From positions 11,098,001 to 11,162,000 of the forward strand of contig OX597826.1 of the NCBI GenBank assembly GCA_951406725.2: 64,000 nt of DNA. Reading direction: 5' to 3'. Shown in pieces: positions 28,039-40,899 of this stretch. The stretch is from Octopus vulgaris. Taxonomy: Eukaryota. The first letter of the stretch is position 1. Each line of letters opens with the position of its first letter. Under the pieces are notes generated by a model that worked only from the letters and a program-made list of their open reading frames with translations, made no database searches and was not told the origin of the DNA. A program made the translations under genes and the position numbers.

Positions 28039-28042
<4 letters not shown>
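27718..28042 (-). mobile_element. PLE-type fold-back insertion with an HHR-like fold in both arms
   Basis: Arms at 27779-27915 and 27924-28042, tail at 27718-27778, (TA)n on both sides; GTCA-GTGAAGA-GGTCGC..GCGAC-GAAA-ATAT-T-T-TGAT at 27862-27906(-). Confidence 0.8.
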
Positions 28043-28117
<75 letters not shown>

Positions 28118-28138
28118 ATATTTATATATATATATAAT

Positions 28139-28620
28139 CAGTGGCGACTCCGGCTTTTGGGCTGTTCGGGCTTAGACCGAATATAAATTTAGTAAAGTGA
28201 GCGTATATTTGGAAGCTGATTTAATTTCTGCCAATGCTGACTTCAGGTATGTAATTGCAGCCAATAACTCGGGCTCCTTTTATTGAGCCTGGTCGCCGTT
28301 TATTTATCTTCGTTCATCGTCTGGCGGTTGTCTGAGAAGTGCCCTGTGTCAAAAAATATCATTCGTAGCAGACATTCTCTCGACATCGTTCTCACGCACC
28401 TGACTCGGGCTCAGAAGTTACAGTTCGAGTTGTTACCTATAATTGTACAAATTCAAAGTAATTAAAATTCAATGTTTTTCTTGAAACAATAAATTTCTAT
28501 AGAGATTAGGATTTAAATTCCAATCTATGAAAAGTCTCCGTTCTACAATATTCTTAAAGGAACGAAAAACTACCCAGCAACTCGGGCTATTACGAACGAG
28601 CCTGGTAGGTGTAAAAGACT
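28139..28620. mobile_element. possible hAT-like DNA transposon end
   Basis: Starts CAGTGGCG after (TA)n; repeated subterminal ACTCGGGCT(..GAGCCTGGT) motifs; no matching second end. Confidence 0.35.
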
Positions 28621-28734
28621 AAATGATATCTCATGTCAAGATGACAGGTGACAGTCAGATCGCTGATGTTTGTTGTTTAAAGTTTTGTCTTATGTTGGCT
28701 TTCTTCATAATCTGTGTTTATCTATGACAACCAT

Positions 28735-29160
28735 TGGACTGCGGCTTTGCTAGAGCACCGCCTTGAAGGATTAACTCGATCCAGTACCTATCTGTTAAGT
28801 CTGTTACTTATTCTATCGTTCCCTTTTGCTGAACCACTAAGTCACGGGGCCGAAAACAAATCAACGCCAGTTGTCAAATGGTGGTAAGAGACAAACATAA
28901 AACCACACGCACACGCACACACACACACACACACACACAAACTGACAGACAGACAGATAGATAGATAGACAGACAGAGAGACACAAACACACAAACACAC
29001 ACACACACATATGACGGGATTCCAGAGAGCTTCTGTTTACCAAATTCATTCACAACGTATTGGTCAACCCGCAGCTATAATGGAAGATCTTTGCCGAGCA
29101 GTGGGATTGAACCCCAAACCAAATGGCTGCAATGTGAGTGCTTTAACAACATAGCCATGA
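28735..29160 (-). mobile_element. old diverged SINE B
   Basis: Collinear degenerate match to SINE B, including the internal microsatellite. Confidence 0.75.
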
Positions 29161-29371
29161 ATGAAATTAATTTGTGAGCGTTCTGATTTCCGTTATTAAC
29201 GTTACTGCGACTGTTATGAGCCAGCAAGACTTTCCCCTATTTCTAAAGCCATTTTGATCCAAGGATAAGAATGCAAATAAATATTTGCAAAAATATAAAG
29301 ACAGTTAAAAATGTCCTGAGACAAAACCTGCTTCTACCGGGGTATTATAAAAGTCACACAAACTATCCGAA

Positions 29372-30522
29372 GGCGGCGAGCTGGCAGAAACGTTAGCACG
29401 CCGGGCGAAATGCTTAGCGGTATTTCGTCTGCCGTTATGTTCTAAGTTCAAATTCCGCCGAGGTCGACTTTACTGTTCATCCTTTCGGGGTCGATAAATA
29501 AAGTACCAGTTACGCACTGGGGTCGATATAATCGACTTAATCCGTTTGTCTGTCCTTGTTTGTCATCTCTGTGTTTAGCCCTTTGTGGGTAGTAAAGAAA
29601 TAGGTATTTCGTCTGCCGCTACGTTCTGAGTTCAAATTCCGCTGATGTCGACTTTACCTTTCATCCTTTCAGAGTCAATAAATAAAGTACCAGTTACGCA
29701 CTGGGGTCGATATAATCGACTTAATCCGTCTGTCTGTTCTTGTTTGTCCTCTCTGTGTTTAGCCCCTTGTGGGTAGTAAAGAAATAGGTATTTCGTCTGC
29801 CGCTACGTTGTGAGTTCAAATTCCGCCGAGGTCGACTTTGCCTTTCATCATTTCGGGGACGATTAAATAGGTACCAGTTACGCACTGGGATCGATATAAT
29901 CGACTTAATCCGTTTGTCTGTTCTTGTTTGTCCTCTCTGTGTTTAGCCCCTTGTGGGTAGTAAAGAAATAGGTATTTCGTCTGCCGCTACGTTGTGAGTT
30001 CAAATTCCGCCGAGGTCGACTTTACCTTTCATCCTTTCAGAGTCAATAAATAAAGTACCAGTTACGCACTGGGGTCGATATAATCGACTTAATCCGTTTG
30101 TCTGTTCTTGTTTGTCCTCTCTGTGTTTAGCCCCTTGTGGGTAGTAAAGAAATAGGTATTTCGTCTGCCGCTACGTTGTGAGTTCAAATTCCGCCGAGGT
30201 CGACTTTACCGTTCATTCTTTCAGGGTCGATAAATAAAGTACCAGTTACGCACTGGGGTCGATATAATCGACTTAATCCGTTTATCTGTCCTTGTTTGTC
30301 CCCTGTGTGTTTAGTCCCTTGTGGGTAGTAAAGAAATAGGTATTTCGTCTGCCGCTGCGTTCTGAGTTCAAATTCCGCCGAGGTCGACTTTGCCTTTCAT
30401 CCTTTCGGGGTCGATAAATTAAGTATTTGTAACGCGCTGGGGTCGATATAATCGACTTAATCCGTCTGTATGTCCTTGTTTGTTCCCTCTGTTTGTAGCC
30501 CCTTGTGGGTAGTAAAGAAATA
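29372..30522 (+). mobile_element. SINE A hexamer: one headed unit plus five ~184-bp head-less units
   Basis: Five identical junctions GTAGTAAAGAAATA|GGTATTTCGTCTGCC at about 29603, 29787, 29971, 30155 and 30339. Confidence 0.95.
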
Positions 30523-30884
30523 ACAAAGTGTCCAGAAGTTTTCAGTTAGTAAAACTTGGATGATCGGGTTAAAGTCTATTTTACTGCACGGAGCTCTTCC
30601 AGAGACGTCCATTCGCCTCAACAAAAACAACAATAATAAATAATAGTGGTTTCAAATTTTGGCGCAAGACCAGCTATTTCGTGGGCGGGGATAAATCGCT
30701 TAGATCGATCCCAGTACTCAGCTGGTGCTTATTCTATCGACGCCGAAAAGATGAAAGGCAAAAGTCAACCGCGGCGGAATTTGAACCCAAGACTTAAAGA
30801 CGGAGCAAATTTTGCCTAAGTATTTTGCCCAGCGTGCTTACGATTCTGCCAGCTCGCTGGTCTCATAATACGTTTCTACTCTTT

Positions 30885-31365
30885 TATTTGTTTCAGTCAT
30901 TTTCGACTGCGGCCATGCTGGAACACCGCCTTTAGTCGAGAAAATCGACCCCGGAGCTTATTCTTTGTAAGCCTAGTACTTATTTTATCGGACCCTTTTG
31001 CCGAACCGCTAACACACCAGCATCGGGGACAAACACAGACACACAAACATATACACACACATACATATACATATACATATATATATACATATACATATAT
31101 ATATATACATATACATATATACATATACATATACATATATATATATATATACATATACATATGCATATATATATACATATACATATATATATATACATAT
31201 ACGACGGGCTTCTTTCAGTTTCTGTCTACCAAATCCACTCACAAGACTTTGGTCGGCCCGAGGCTGTAGCAGAAGACACTTGCCCAAGGTGCCACGAAGC
31301 GGGACTGAACCCGGGACCATGTGGTTGGTAAGCAAGCTACTTACCACATAGCCACTCCTACGTCT
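30885..31365 (-). mobile_element. SINE B with an expanded internal microsatellite
   Basis: Head at 31200-31365, tail at 30885-31045. Confidence 0.9.
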
Positions 31366-31370
31366 ATATG

Positions 31371-31444
<74 letters not shown>

Positions 31445-31451
31445 TATAACA

Positions 31452-31499
<48 letters not shown>

Positions 31500-32467
31500 G
31501 TAATAATAACAATAATAACCGTAATAAAACGTATTAATGATCTTAAAAACATTTTAAAATGTCATGATTTTTATATAGAATCAAAATGTGGACTGTTCAC
31601 CCTCCCCACCTCAGAACATTTGTGCATGTGTATGTGGAAATCTGTGTGTGTGTATGTATAGGTGTGTGTATTCTTAAGTGGTCATACAAATACATACATC
31701 CATAAATACATACATACATACATACATACATACATACATACATACATACATACACATATATATATATATATATATATACATACTAATATTGTAGAACCTT
31801 GCATATACAAATAAGTCCATGTATTCATAGAAATGCGCGTACAAATACGCATTTGCACACATACGCACACACACACATAGAGGCATACACATGCACTCAC
31901 ACTAACACACACACACATACACACACACCAATGCAGAGGAATATATACACAGTTCAGACCAAATGACACACGATGCGATACCTAATAAAGAGAAGTAAAG
32001 AGAATTAGACAAGGTAAAGGAGGAAAAAATAAAGGAATACAAGAAGTAGAAAAAAAATGGCGTAAAAAAAGAGGAGAAATAGGAAAAAAAATAATAAATA
32101 AATTAATAATAAAAAAGATAAAAAATAAAAGGAGGAGAAAAGGAAAAGGAAGGGTAGGAGGAGGTTTTGATTAGTTTATATGAAAATCACATATATGGCT
32201 GTATAATATCTGTCTGTGACAGTTGTGTCATTGTCCCACTTGTGCGCCACACAACAGCTTGCACACCACCAAGGTCCACTGATTCGACACCGGAATTAAC
32301 CGCCATTGTCACAGCACAGGGTCGAAGAGAAGAACGGTGGTGGGGGTGGAGGTGGTGGCGGCGGGGAGTGTAGGGGGTTGGGTGAAGGGAGATGGGAGTG
32401 GGAGGGAGGGAGGGAGGGAGAGAAGGAGGAAGGGAGAGAGAGCGAGAGGGAGTGAGAAAGGGAGACT

Positions 32468-32506
<39 letters not shown>

Positions 32507-33107
32507 CGACACGGAGATTGTGTATATGTGTAAGAGAGAGGGAGAGAGGGAGAAAGAAAGAAAGAGTAACAGAAAGAAAGAGAGTAGGAGAGTGAGATAG
32601 AAAGAGAGAGAGAGAGAGATTGTGTTTATGTATAATAGAGAGCAAGAGGGAGAGAGGGGAGACAGAGGCAAAGAGAGAGGGTGGGGATGGAGAGAGGGAG
32701 AGAAAGAGTGGGAGGGAGGGAGAGAAAGAAAGAGAAAGAGAGATGGAGAGAGAGTTAGAGAAAGGGAGGTTGTGAGTGAGAGGAAGGAGAGAGATAAAGA
32801 GAGGGAGGAAGGGTATGTGTGAGAGAGAGAGAGAAAGAGAAAATGTAAGAGTAAGAGAATAAAACAAACATAAAAATATAGAGAAACTGTGAGGCAAATA
32901 GGGTGAAGAAGAGATAGAAAGAGAGAGGAGAGAGAGAGAGAGAGGGTGAGAGAGAGAAGGTGAGAAAGAGAGAGGGGAGAGAGAGAGAAAGAGTGAGAAG
33001 AGTGAGCGCAAATATGCATGTGTGAGAGAAGAGAGATATAGGAGATATGATGAATAGGAAGAAAGAGAGAGAGAGAGAGAATCAGTAACAGAGAGAGAGA
33101 GATATAT

Positions 33108-33140
<33 letters not shown>

Positions 33141-33193
33141 TAGAGAGATGATAGAGAGGTAGAGACAGAGAGACAAAAGCTATGTGTATGAAG

Positions 33194-33231
<38 letters not shown>

Positions 33232-33246
33232 CTATATATATATATA

Positions 33247-33352
<106 letters not shown>

Positions 33353-33383
33353 CATATATATATACATACATATATATATATAC

Positions 33384-33467
<84 letters not shown>

Positions 33468-34170
33468 TGATGGATGCAATGAGAGAAAGTCTAAGATAGA
33501 GAAAAAGAAGAGACAAAAAGGAAAAAAGAACAAAAACCCCCGAGGTTCTGAATATTTTTATCTTTAATAAAAAGAAAACGGACAGAAAGGAAGATGGAAG
33601 ACATTGGTAACAACACCAACAACAGCAGCAACAACAAAAGCAGCAGCAGCAGGAACAACAACAACAACAACAGTAGCATAACAACAACAACAACAGCAGC
33701 AGCAGCATCTACAATAACAGAATCGTTAATAGCAACACTAACTGCAGCAACTGCAGCAACAGCAATACGATAAGCAGCAACTTCATCACCAACAGCACCA
33801 CCACCACCACCGCCACAGTCGCCGCCCTCGTCATCATCATCATCATCCTCATCCTCATCATTAGCAACATCATAAGTACCATGATCACGAACAGCAACGT
33901 GAACAAGGTAGCAAGGATAGAAGAAAAGTGTAAGCCCCTACGGAGTCGCCCAATGCGCTAGCAGTAGCACCCATACATAACTGACCTTCAATCCATTCGC
34001 CACTATCTTGTAAAGGGACCAAGCGAATAATGCATGTATGCGGTGCAGGCGTGGCTGTGTGATCAAGAAGTTCGTTTTGCAACCATGTCGTTTCAGGTTC
34101 AATCCCACGGTGCAGAACCTTGTCTTTTACTATAACCCTAGGCAGACTGATTGATGACTTGTGAGTGAAC

Positions 34171-34239
<69 letters not shown>

Positions 34240-34242
<3 letters not shown>

Positions 34243-34376
34243 CTGTGTAGTAAGAAGCATGGTTCCGGGTTCAGTCCCACTGCGTGGCACATTGGGCAAG
34301 TATCTTCTATTATAGCCTTGGGCCGACCAAAGCCTTGTGAGTGGATTTGCAAGACGGAAACTGAAAGAAACCCGTC

Positions 34377-34416
<40 letters not shown>

Positions 34417-34672
34417 ATACCTATATATACATATACATACATACATACATTATATATATATATCTTTGTGTCTGTGTTTGACCCCAATCATGGCTTAACA
34501 ACCGATGTTGGTGTGTTTGCTTTCCCATAACCTAACAGTCCGGCAAAAACAGACCGATAGAATAAGTACTAGGCTTACAAAGAATACGTCCTGGGATCGA
34601 TTTCTTCGTCTAAAACTCTTTAAGGAGGTGCTCCAGCATGACCGCTGTCAAATGGCTGAAACAAGTAAAAGA
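34240..34672 (+). mobile_element. SINE B (an older head fragment precedes it at 34040-34170)
   Basis: GGTTCCGGGTTCAGTCCCACTGCGTGGCAC..GGTGCTCCAGCATGACC..GAAACAAGTAAAAG. Confidence 0.88.
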
Positions 34673-34834
34673 ATATATGTATATATATATATAGTGGACA
34701 AACGATTTACGTATTTATACACGAAAGAGGTGACCTTTAACAGGACACATTACATACTAGAAAGGGCAGTTAAAGAGCACGAATATGAGCAATTTCAAAG
34801 GGAATGAAAATAAAAAAAAATATTCTTGTGGTTA

Positions 34835-34905
34835 CCCTCAGACTCGAGTTTCTGTTTCAAAGTGCAAAATAAAATAATTTGCCATCCGCACTTCTTCAGT
34901 GAGGG
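34835..34905 (-). ncRNA. hammerhead ribozyme in a microsatellite-flanked insert (about 34692-35143)
   Basis: CCCTCA-CTGAAGA-AGTGCG..TGCACT-(ttgaaaca)-GAAA-CTCGAG-TC-TGAGGG. Confidence 0.8.
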
Positions 34906-35143
34906 CGCTAAAATTAATGCAGATTTATGCAGAAAATAGCTCCGAAAATACACGTGCTACATACTTATACATAATAATTTTCAAATCCACCGCGCAAGAG
35001 CAGTTATATTCAGCAGCAGATAATAATAAAAACATTGAAACTGCGTACCATGAAGGCTTCGAAACTGCGGAAATTTTACTGTGAAAATAATTGGCCACCG
35101 ATATGAAAAGTTTTCAAAATTTTCTACCCTTATTTTCACAGTG

Positions 35144-35177
<34 letters not shown>

Positions 35178-35479
35178 TGTATGTATGTATGTATGTGTGT
35201 ATGTATGTATGTATGTATGTATGTATGTATGTATGTATAATATACATAGGCATATTTACCGATACTGTTTTTGTACATAGGGTAAATGTGTTTCTTTGTT
35301 GTAGTTTAATTAATAATATTAGCGTTTAATTCTTCCTAGAATTAAGACTGAATGAATGTGATGATATCTAAGGTATGTTTGTTCCCAAACAACACTTATT
35401 TGAGTAGTGTTGACAACACCGGATTGAATGGTACTGCCCAAGTGTCGAAACCATAGTGATAACCGTGAGGCAGCTGATG

Positions 35480-35792
35480 AATGACCATGAGATTTTTACC
35501 TAGAAAGTTACCCTCCCATGTACAAGTCCGGGCAAGGTTGTTTATGGAAGGCCAGCAGTCGGTCATGCATACCAGCCTCCCCTCTATACACCATTAGTGT
35601 TATCCAAGATAAGGCAGAAGCCGACACAGCTTGGCACCAGTGATGTCGCAACTCATTTCTACAGCTGAGTTAATTTGGAGCAACGTGAAATAAAGTGTCT
35701 TGCTCAAGAACACAACACGCAGCCCGCACCGGGATTCGAACTCACAACCTCACGATCGTAAGCTCGACGCTCTAACCACTGAGCCATGCGCC

Positions 35793-35796
<4 letters not shown>
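35480..35796 (-). mobile_element. tRNA-derived SINE family D2
   Basis: GTGAAGGCGCATGGCTCAGTGGTTAGAGCG..GAGTTCGAATCCC head; homologous to 57510-57861. Confidence 0.88.
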
Positions 35797-35853
<57 letters not shown>

Positions 35854-35943
35854 TAATGCTTTACATTAATCTGATCGGTTACCCTTTACTTCCGTAGAAA
35901 ACCAATTTATTCTTCTTAAACAAAAATATTATTGGCAGTGATT

Positions 35944-36016
35944 TCGAGGATTCGCTCAGCTAAGCCATCGTGGTTGTGTAAACAAAGAGGTGTGGGTTCG
36001 TGTCCCACACCTGCGA
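35944..36016 (+). pseudogene. tRNA-Thr(TGT)-like head of a candidate HHR-bearing SINE (element about 35852-36688)
   Basis: Acceptor TCG-AGG/CCTGCGA, A-box-like TCGCTCAGCTAAG, anticodon arm TGGT-TGTGTAA-ACAA, perfect T arm GTGGG-TTCGTGT-CCCAC. Confidence 0.6.
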
Positions 36017-36175
36017 GAAAACCTACTTTTTTCTGTCAAGGGCTTATATGCCCCATTATTAGTCATTGCGCGGTGATCGCTTATAAGCTTTAAGAGCATA
36101 AAATACTATTATTATTATTTACAGAATATATTCATATACATACATACTTACACACACATTTTTAAAGTTAATCAT

Positions 36176-36310
36176 AACCTCTGACGAGGCCTATGTTTTT
36201 TTAAATATAAGTATTATATTTTTTAAATGCCTACAACCTTTGTATGTTGACATCTTTAGGCAATGAAAATTAGATTCACTTTTGACCATAGGCTGAAACA
36301 TCTGTAAGAA
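36176..36310 (+). ncRNA. hammerhead ribozyme with an extended stem II loop
   Basis: CTGACGA (36181-36187), GGCCTATG..CATAGGCT stem II, GAAA-CATCTG-TA (36295-36306); stem I eroded. Confidence 0.7.
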
Positions 36311-36683
36311 GTAATTTTTAGGATTTCATTAATTTATAATATGACTTTTAAAATCTGTATTTGTATTATTATCTTATCTATTGATTTATATAATATTTTT
36401 GTATGCTTTTGATGTTCTCATTTTGTTAAATGAATAAATAATTCAACATTCTAATATCCGAAAGTTGATGAACAAACTAAATTTGTTTCTCCATTTTCGT
36501 ATTTGTATTATAAGTTTACGGTAAAAATATTTCTTTAACGTCACCCTTTTAATACATTAAATGACTTAATTGCATTGCAATTAAAAACATTTATGTATTA
36601 AAAATTTGGGTACTTTACCAACAGTATATTGGATAATTGATATCCCATAGTGGGCTACATTCATAACCCCTATCTTACTTTGT

Positions 36684-36756
<73 letters not shown>

Positions 36757-36982
36757 ATATATATGTATATATTTAAGTAGATAAATGAATTATCTTATTA
36801 CGGATAATTCGAAAGATAACCGATACCTGGGTAGCAAACTCACAACAGAAAGAACACGGTTGAAGTTACGACCATAGGGCATATACTCCGTGCCTTAGTG
36901 CGGAAATTTGAAGTTTAATTTAATATAATAAGTATAGGAAAGAATGGAGCTGAGCGAAGATTTAACAAAATTCCTTTATTTT

Positions 36983-37068
36983 ATCTTCGACATATGTTTC
37001 AAAGTCTGCAAAATTCCTAATTCCGAATGAATAAGGAGTCCATTATGCAGCTTTCTCTTCAGGAAAAT
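36983..37068 (-). ncRNA. hammerhead ribozyme (left arm)
   Basis: ATTTTC-CTGAAGA-GAAAGCTGCA..TGCAGACTTT-GAAA-CATATG-TC-GAAGAT. Confidence 0.85.
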
Positions 37069-37136
37069 CCAGGAACTTCTTTCGCCAACAAAATGCACAA
37101 CAAGTTATTAGATGACTGCTCTCGAGGAGCCCCTGG

Positions 37137-37222
37137 ATTTTCCTGAAGAGAAAGCTGCATAATGGACTCCTTATTCATTCGGAATTAGGAATTTTGCAGA
37201 CTTCGAAACATATGTCGAAAAT
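37137..37222 (+). ncRNA. hammerhead ribozyme (right arm)
   Basis: ATTTTC-CTGAAGA-GAAAGCTGCA..TGCAGACTTC-GAAA-CATATG-TC-GAAAAT: 6-bp stem I, GUC site after 37216. Confidence 0.9.
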
Positions 37223-37277
37223 AAAATAAGGGAATTTTGTTAAATCTTTGCTCAGCTCCATTCTTTCCTATACTTAT

Positions 37278-37498
<221 letters not shown>

Positions 37499-38114
37499 GT
37501 ATATATATATATGTATGTATGTATATATATATATGTATTAATTTACCTGTACGGTTTGTATTCGCTGTCATTAGCGATAGTATTTTTAATATCACTATCG
37601 CTCTCATTTATTTACAAGTATTGATATATGTATGTATGTATCTACCTACCTATCTATCTATATCTATATATATATTATACATACACACACGTGTGTATGT
37701 GTGTGTGTGTGTATGTTTGTATCTGTTCCGCCCCGGGTTTAGGTGTATTTCCGTCTCCGTAAAAATTACAGATTGAATAAGTATCAAGCTTAAAAAATAA
37801 TAAGAACTAGAGTCGTTTCGTTCGACTAAAATCCTTCAAGGCGGTGCTCCAGCATGGCCGCAGTGTAATGACTGAAACAAAAGAACGATAAAAAGATAAA
37901 ATATATAAGTGCATAATAACCTCCTGACAGAAATAGCCACCGAGATCCACGTGAGTGACCAAAACCATTGCTGACGGAGCTCCAGCGGCGCCACAATCCA
38001 ATGACTAAAACCAATAAAATAATGAAATATTAATTGTCCACAACCACAATGTTCGTGCTTGTGTGTATGTATCTGAGACAACACCGTTTTAAAAATATAA
38101 ATATGTTGTAACAT

Positions 38115-38484
38115 AGGCGTAGGAGTGGCTGTGTGGTAAGTAGCTTGCTTACGAACCATATGGTTCCGGGTTCAGTCCGACTGCGTGGCACCTTTGGCAA
38201 GTGTCTTCTACTATAGCTTCGGGCCGACCAAAGCCTTGTGAGTAGATTTGGTAGGCGGAAACTGAAAGAAGCTCGTCATATATATGTATATATACATGTA
38301 TGTGTGTGTATATGTTTGTGTGTCAGTGTTTGTCCCCCAACATCGCTTGACAACCGACGCTGGTGTGTTTACGTCCCCGTAACCTAGCGGTTCGGCAAAA
38401 GAGACCAATAGAATAAGTACTAGGCTTACTAAAGACGGTGCTCCAGCATGGCAGCAGTCAAATGATTGAAACAAGTAAAAGAGT
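38115..38484 (+). mobile_element. SINE B
   Basis: Full head GGCGTAGGAGTGGCTGTGTGGTAAG through the tail GAAACAAGTAAAAGAG, with a small internal deletion. Confidence 0.92.
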
Positions 38485-38799
38485 AACAAATAATAATATA
38501 ACGAAAGGTTTCGACTTTCGATAAAATTATGGATCATTAAAATATGTATGGAATTAAAATAAGTACTGCAGTTAGTATGATCAAATGGAAGTTCATAAAG
38601 ACGGTGTTCTAGTTTGGCTGCCGTCCAATGACTGAAACCGGTAAAAGAATAAAAGAACTTACACCTCGGTTGGGGTCATAATTATCGCTGAGCCCGGTAC
38701 GGTAACAATTCTGCCAGTTCACCGTAGAAGTAACAAATACTTGTACTGCTTTAAAATTTTAGCACGCGCCGAGAGGACGAAAGGCAAAGTGGACTTCGG

Positions 38800-39240
38800 C
38801 GTGACAGGTGTTTTGTTAATGACTCACCAGAATTCCTGCAAAGTTCACTGAAATTCTACAAAAAAATGTCTCCAACATGATTTTACTCTAAATAATTTTG
38901 CAAGCTATGATCGAAAATTGAGGCGATGCCTGTCAACAACTCTAAATATATACATTGAACAAGGCCCAGGGAGGACATATAACACCCACAAAACTATTGT
39001 TCTCAAGGACATGATAACTTTCATGCGACGAAGAGCAAATATCTCGAATCAATGAAAAGAACAAATAACTGAAAGAAAAAGGGTTCAGCCAAGAACGTGA
39101 TACACAAATATCGAAAACAATGTGTTGACATGAAACTGAGAAAGCGGTTTATAATAGTTGCTGTTTGTAATAGTTTTTTCAGATACCATTCATTATTAGC
39201 ATAAGTAACTCTCATTAGTTATGCTGGTGATAGGAATATA
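38800..39240 (-). mobile_element. possible highly decayed mariner transposase
   Basis: Weak fragments in mariner order (TITNSNYY; GIASIFDHSLQNYL vs DIAPSDYHLFRSLQNFL); many stops. Confidence 0.25.
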
Positions 39241-39383
39241 GAATATATTAAAGGTGTTAAATCTCAGCACTTATCGAACACCTCCAGAATGAACTCCAAA
39301 TGCAATTCAATGCAGTGAAGTTGCAAATATTTCTCTGTGAATCCTGAACACAGTACATACAGGTTTAGGAGAGACTAATATAT

Positions 39384-39613
39384 ATTTCTTTACTACCCAC
39401 AAGGGGCTAAACATAGAGGGGACAAACAAGGACAGACAAAGGGATTAAGTCAATTACATCGACCCCAGTGCGTAACTGGTACTTAATTAATCGACCCCGA
39501 AAGGATGAAAGGCAAAGTCGACCTCGGCGGAATTTGAACTCAGAACGTAACGACAGACGAAATACCGCTAAGCATTTCACCCGGCGTGCTAACGTTTCTG
39601 CCAGCTCGCCGCC
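39384..39613 (-). mobile_element. SINE A with a 20-bp TSD
   Basis: TTTAGGAGAGACTAATATAT at 39364-39383 and 39617-39636. Confidence 0.95.
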
Positions 39614-39986
39614 TTTTTTAGGAGAGACTAATATATTTGACACTTGGGAATTATAACGCAGTCGTCTCAAATATTTCTGTGTCACTTCTTTAACACGGTA
39701 CAGCTACTGTATATAGAGTAGGGGACATTTCTATACGAGACACATCTATACGAGACCTTAACAATATATCGAGTAATGACGCATCGTTAAATTGTCATAC
39801 AACTAATATAGTAACGATGTGTGGACGATTGGCCAGATGGATATCGAAATTATTTAGAATAAAAAATAAAGAAACCACATTGGGAATTTGGTAAGTCATT
39901 TGTTCTCAGTTACGGAAATTATTGTTCCTAGTTTTTGACTTATAGAAAATAGTAAAATCTATGGAATACTGAACTACGGCTTAGTC

Positions 39987-40190
39987 TTTTACTCTTTTAC
40001 TTGTTTCAGTCATTTGACTGCGGCCATGCTGGAGCACCGCCTTTAGTCGAGCAAATCGACCCCAGGACTTATTCTTTGTAAGCCTAGTACTTATTCTATC
40101 GGTCTTGTTTTGCCGAACCGCTAAGTTACAGGGACGTAAACAAACCAGCATCGGTTGTCAAGCGATGTTGGGGGGACAAACACAGACACA

Positions 40191-40230
<40 letters not shown>

Positions 40231-40400
40231 CATATATACGACGGGCTTCTTTCAGTTTCCGTCTACCAAATCCACTCACAAGGCTTTGGTCGGCCCGAGG
40301 CTATAGTAGAAGACACTTGCCCAAGGTGCCACGCAGTGGGACTGAACCCGGAACCATGTGGTTGGTAAACAAGCTACTTACCACACAGCCACTCCTACGC
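39987..40400 (-). mobile_element. SINE B, near-consensus full length
   Basis: Complete head, (TA)/(TG) tract and (GTAAAAGA) tail. Confidence 0.95.
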
Positions 40401-40899
40401 TTGTGGATAGAGATTTTAAAACATTATTCTCTGGATCGGAATAGGGAAATATAAGCAACTAGAAAGACTAGCACAAACTATAGAACTGAAAGTAGTGAAA
40501 ATCTCCGTCTCAAGCGTTAATGTTAGTGCATATTTTCAGAAGTTTTATGATTTGACAAGGAGTCTCTACATGGTAGTGGACCTGCTAGAAATAGCAGCCA
40601 AATTTTTATATCACCTTCTGCTGTATTTAAAAATTTCCAAGACATTTGTTTGTGTAGGTATGGACCAACGTTTTGGCTACCTAGAAGCCTAGATCTCACT
40701 CCAGTGAGGTCTACAGGACTGGAATCGCAGAGATTGAGCATTTAAAGAGAAAAATCGAAGAAAATCTGATGAAAACTCGAGCCACAACGTTCTTGAAGGA
40801 TTCAGACAGGTTGAGTCAAAAGGCCCTTTCGCATTTTGTTACTGTTTAATCCAGCAACGAACAAATGTACCAAGAAAAGAAACGTATGTTATTTTAGAT

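Larger units (their letters stand above)
36773..37277 (-). mobile_element. young PLE-type fold-back insertion with an HHR in each arm
   Basis: 146-bp arms at 36928-37073 and 37132-37277 with 4 mismatches by eye; 155-nt tail; (TA)n on both sides. Confidence 0.88.

Noticed and set aside
29372-30522. CRISPR-like or satellite array
   Set aside because: The units are contiguous SINE A bodies with no spacers, in a eukaryotic context with no cas genes.
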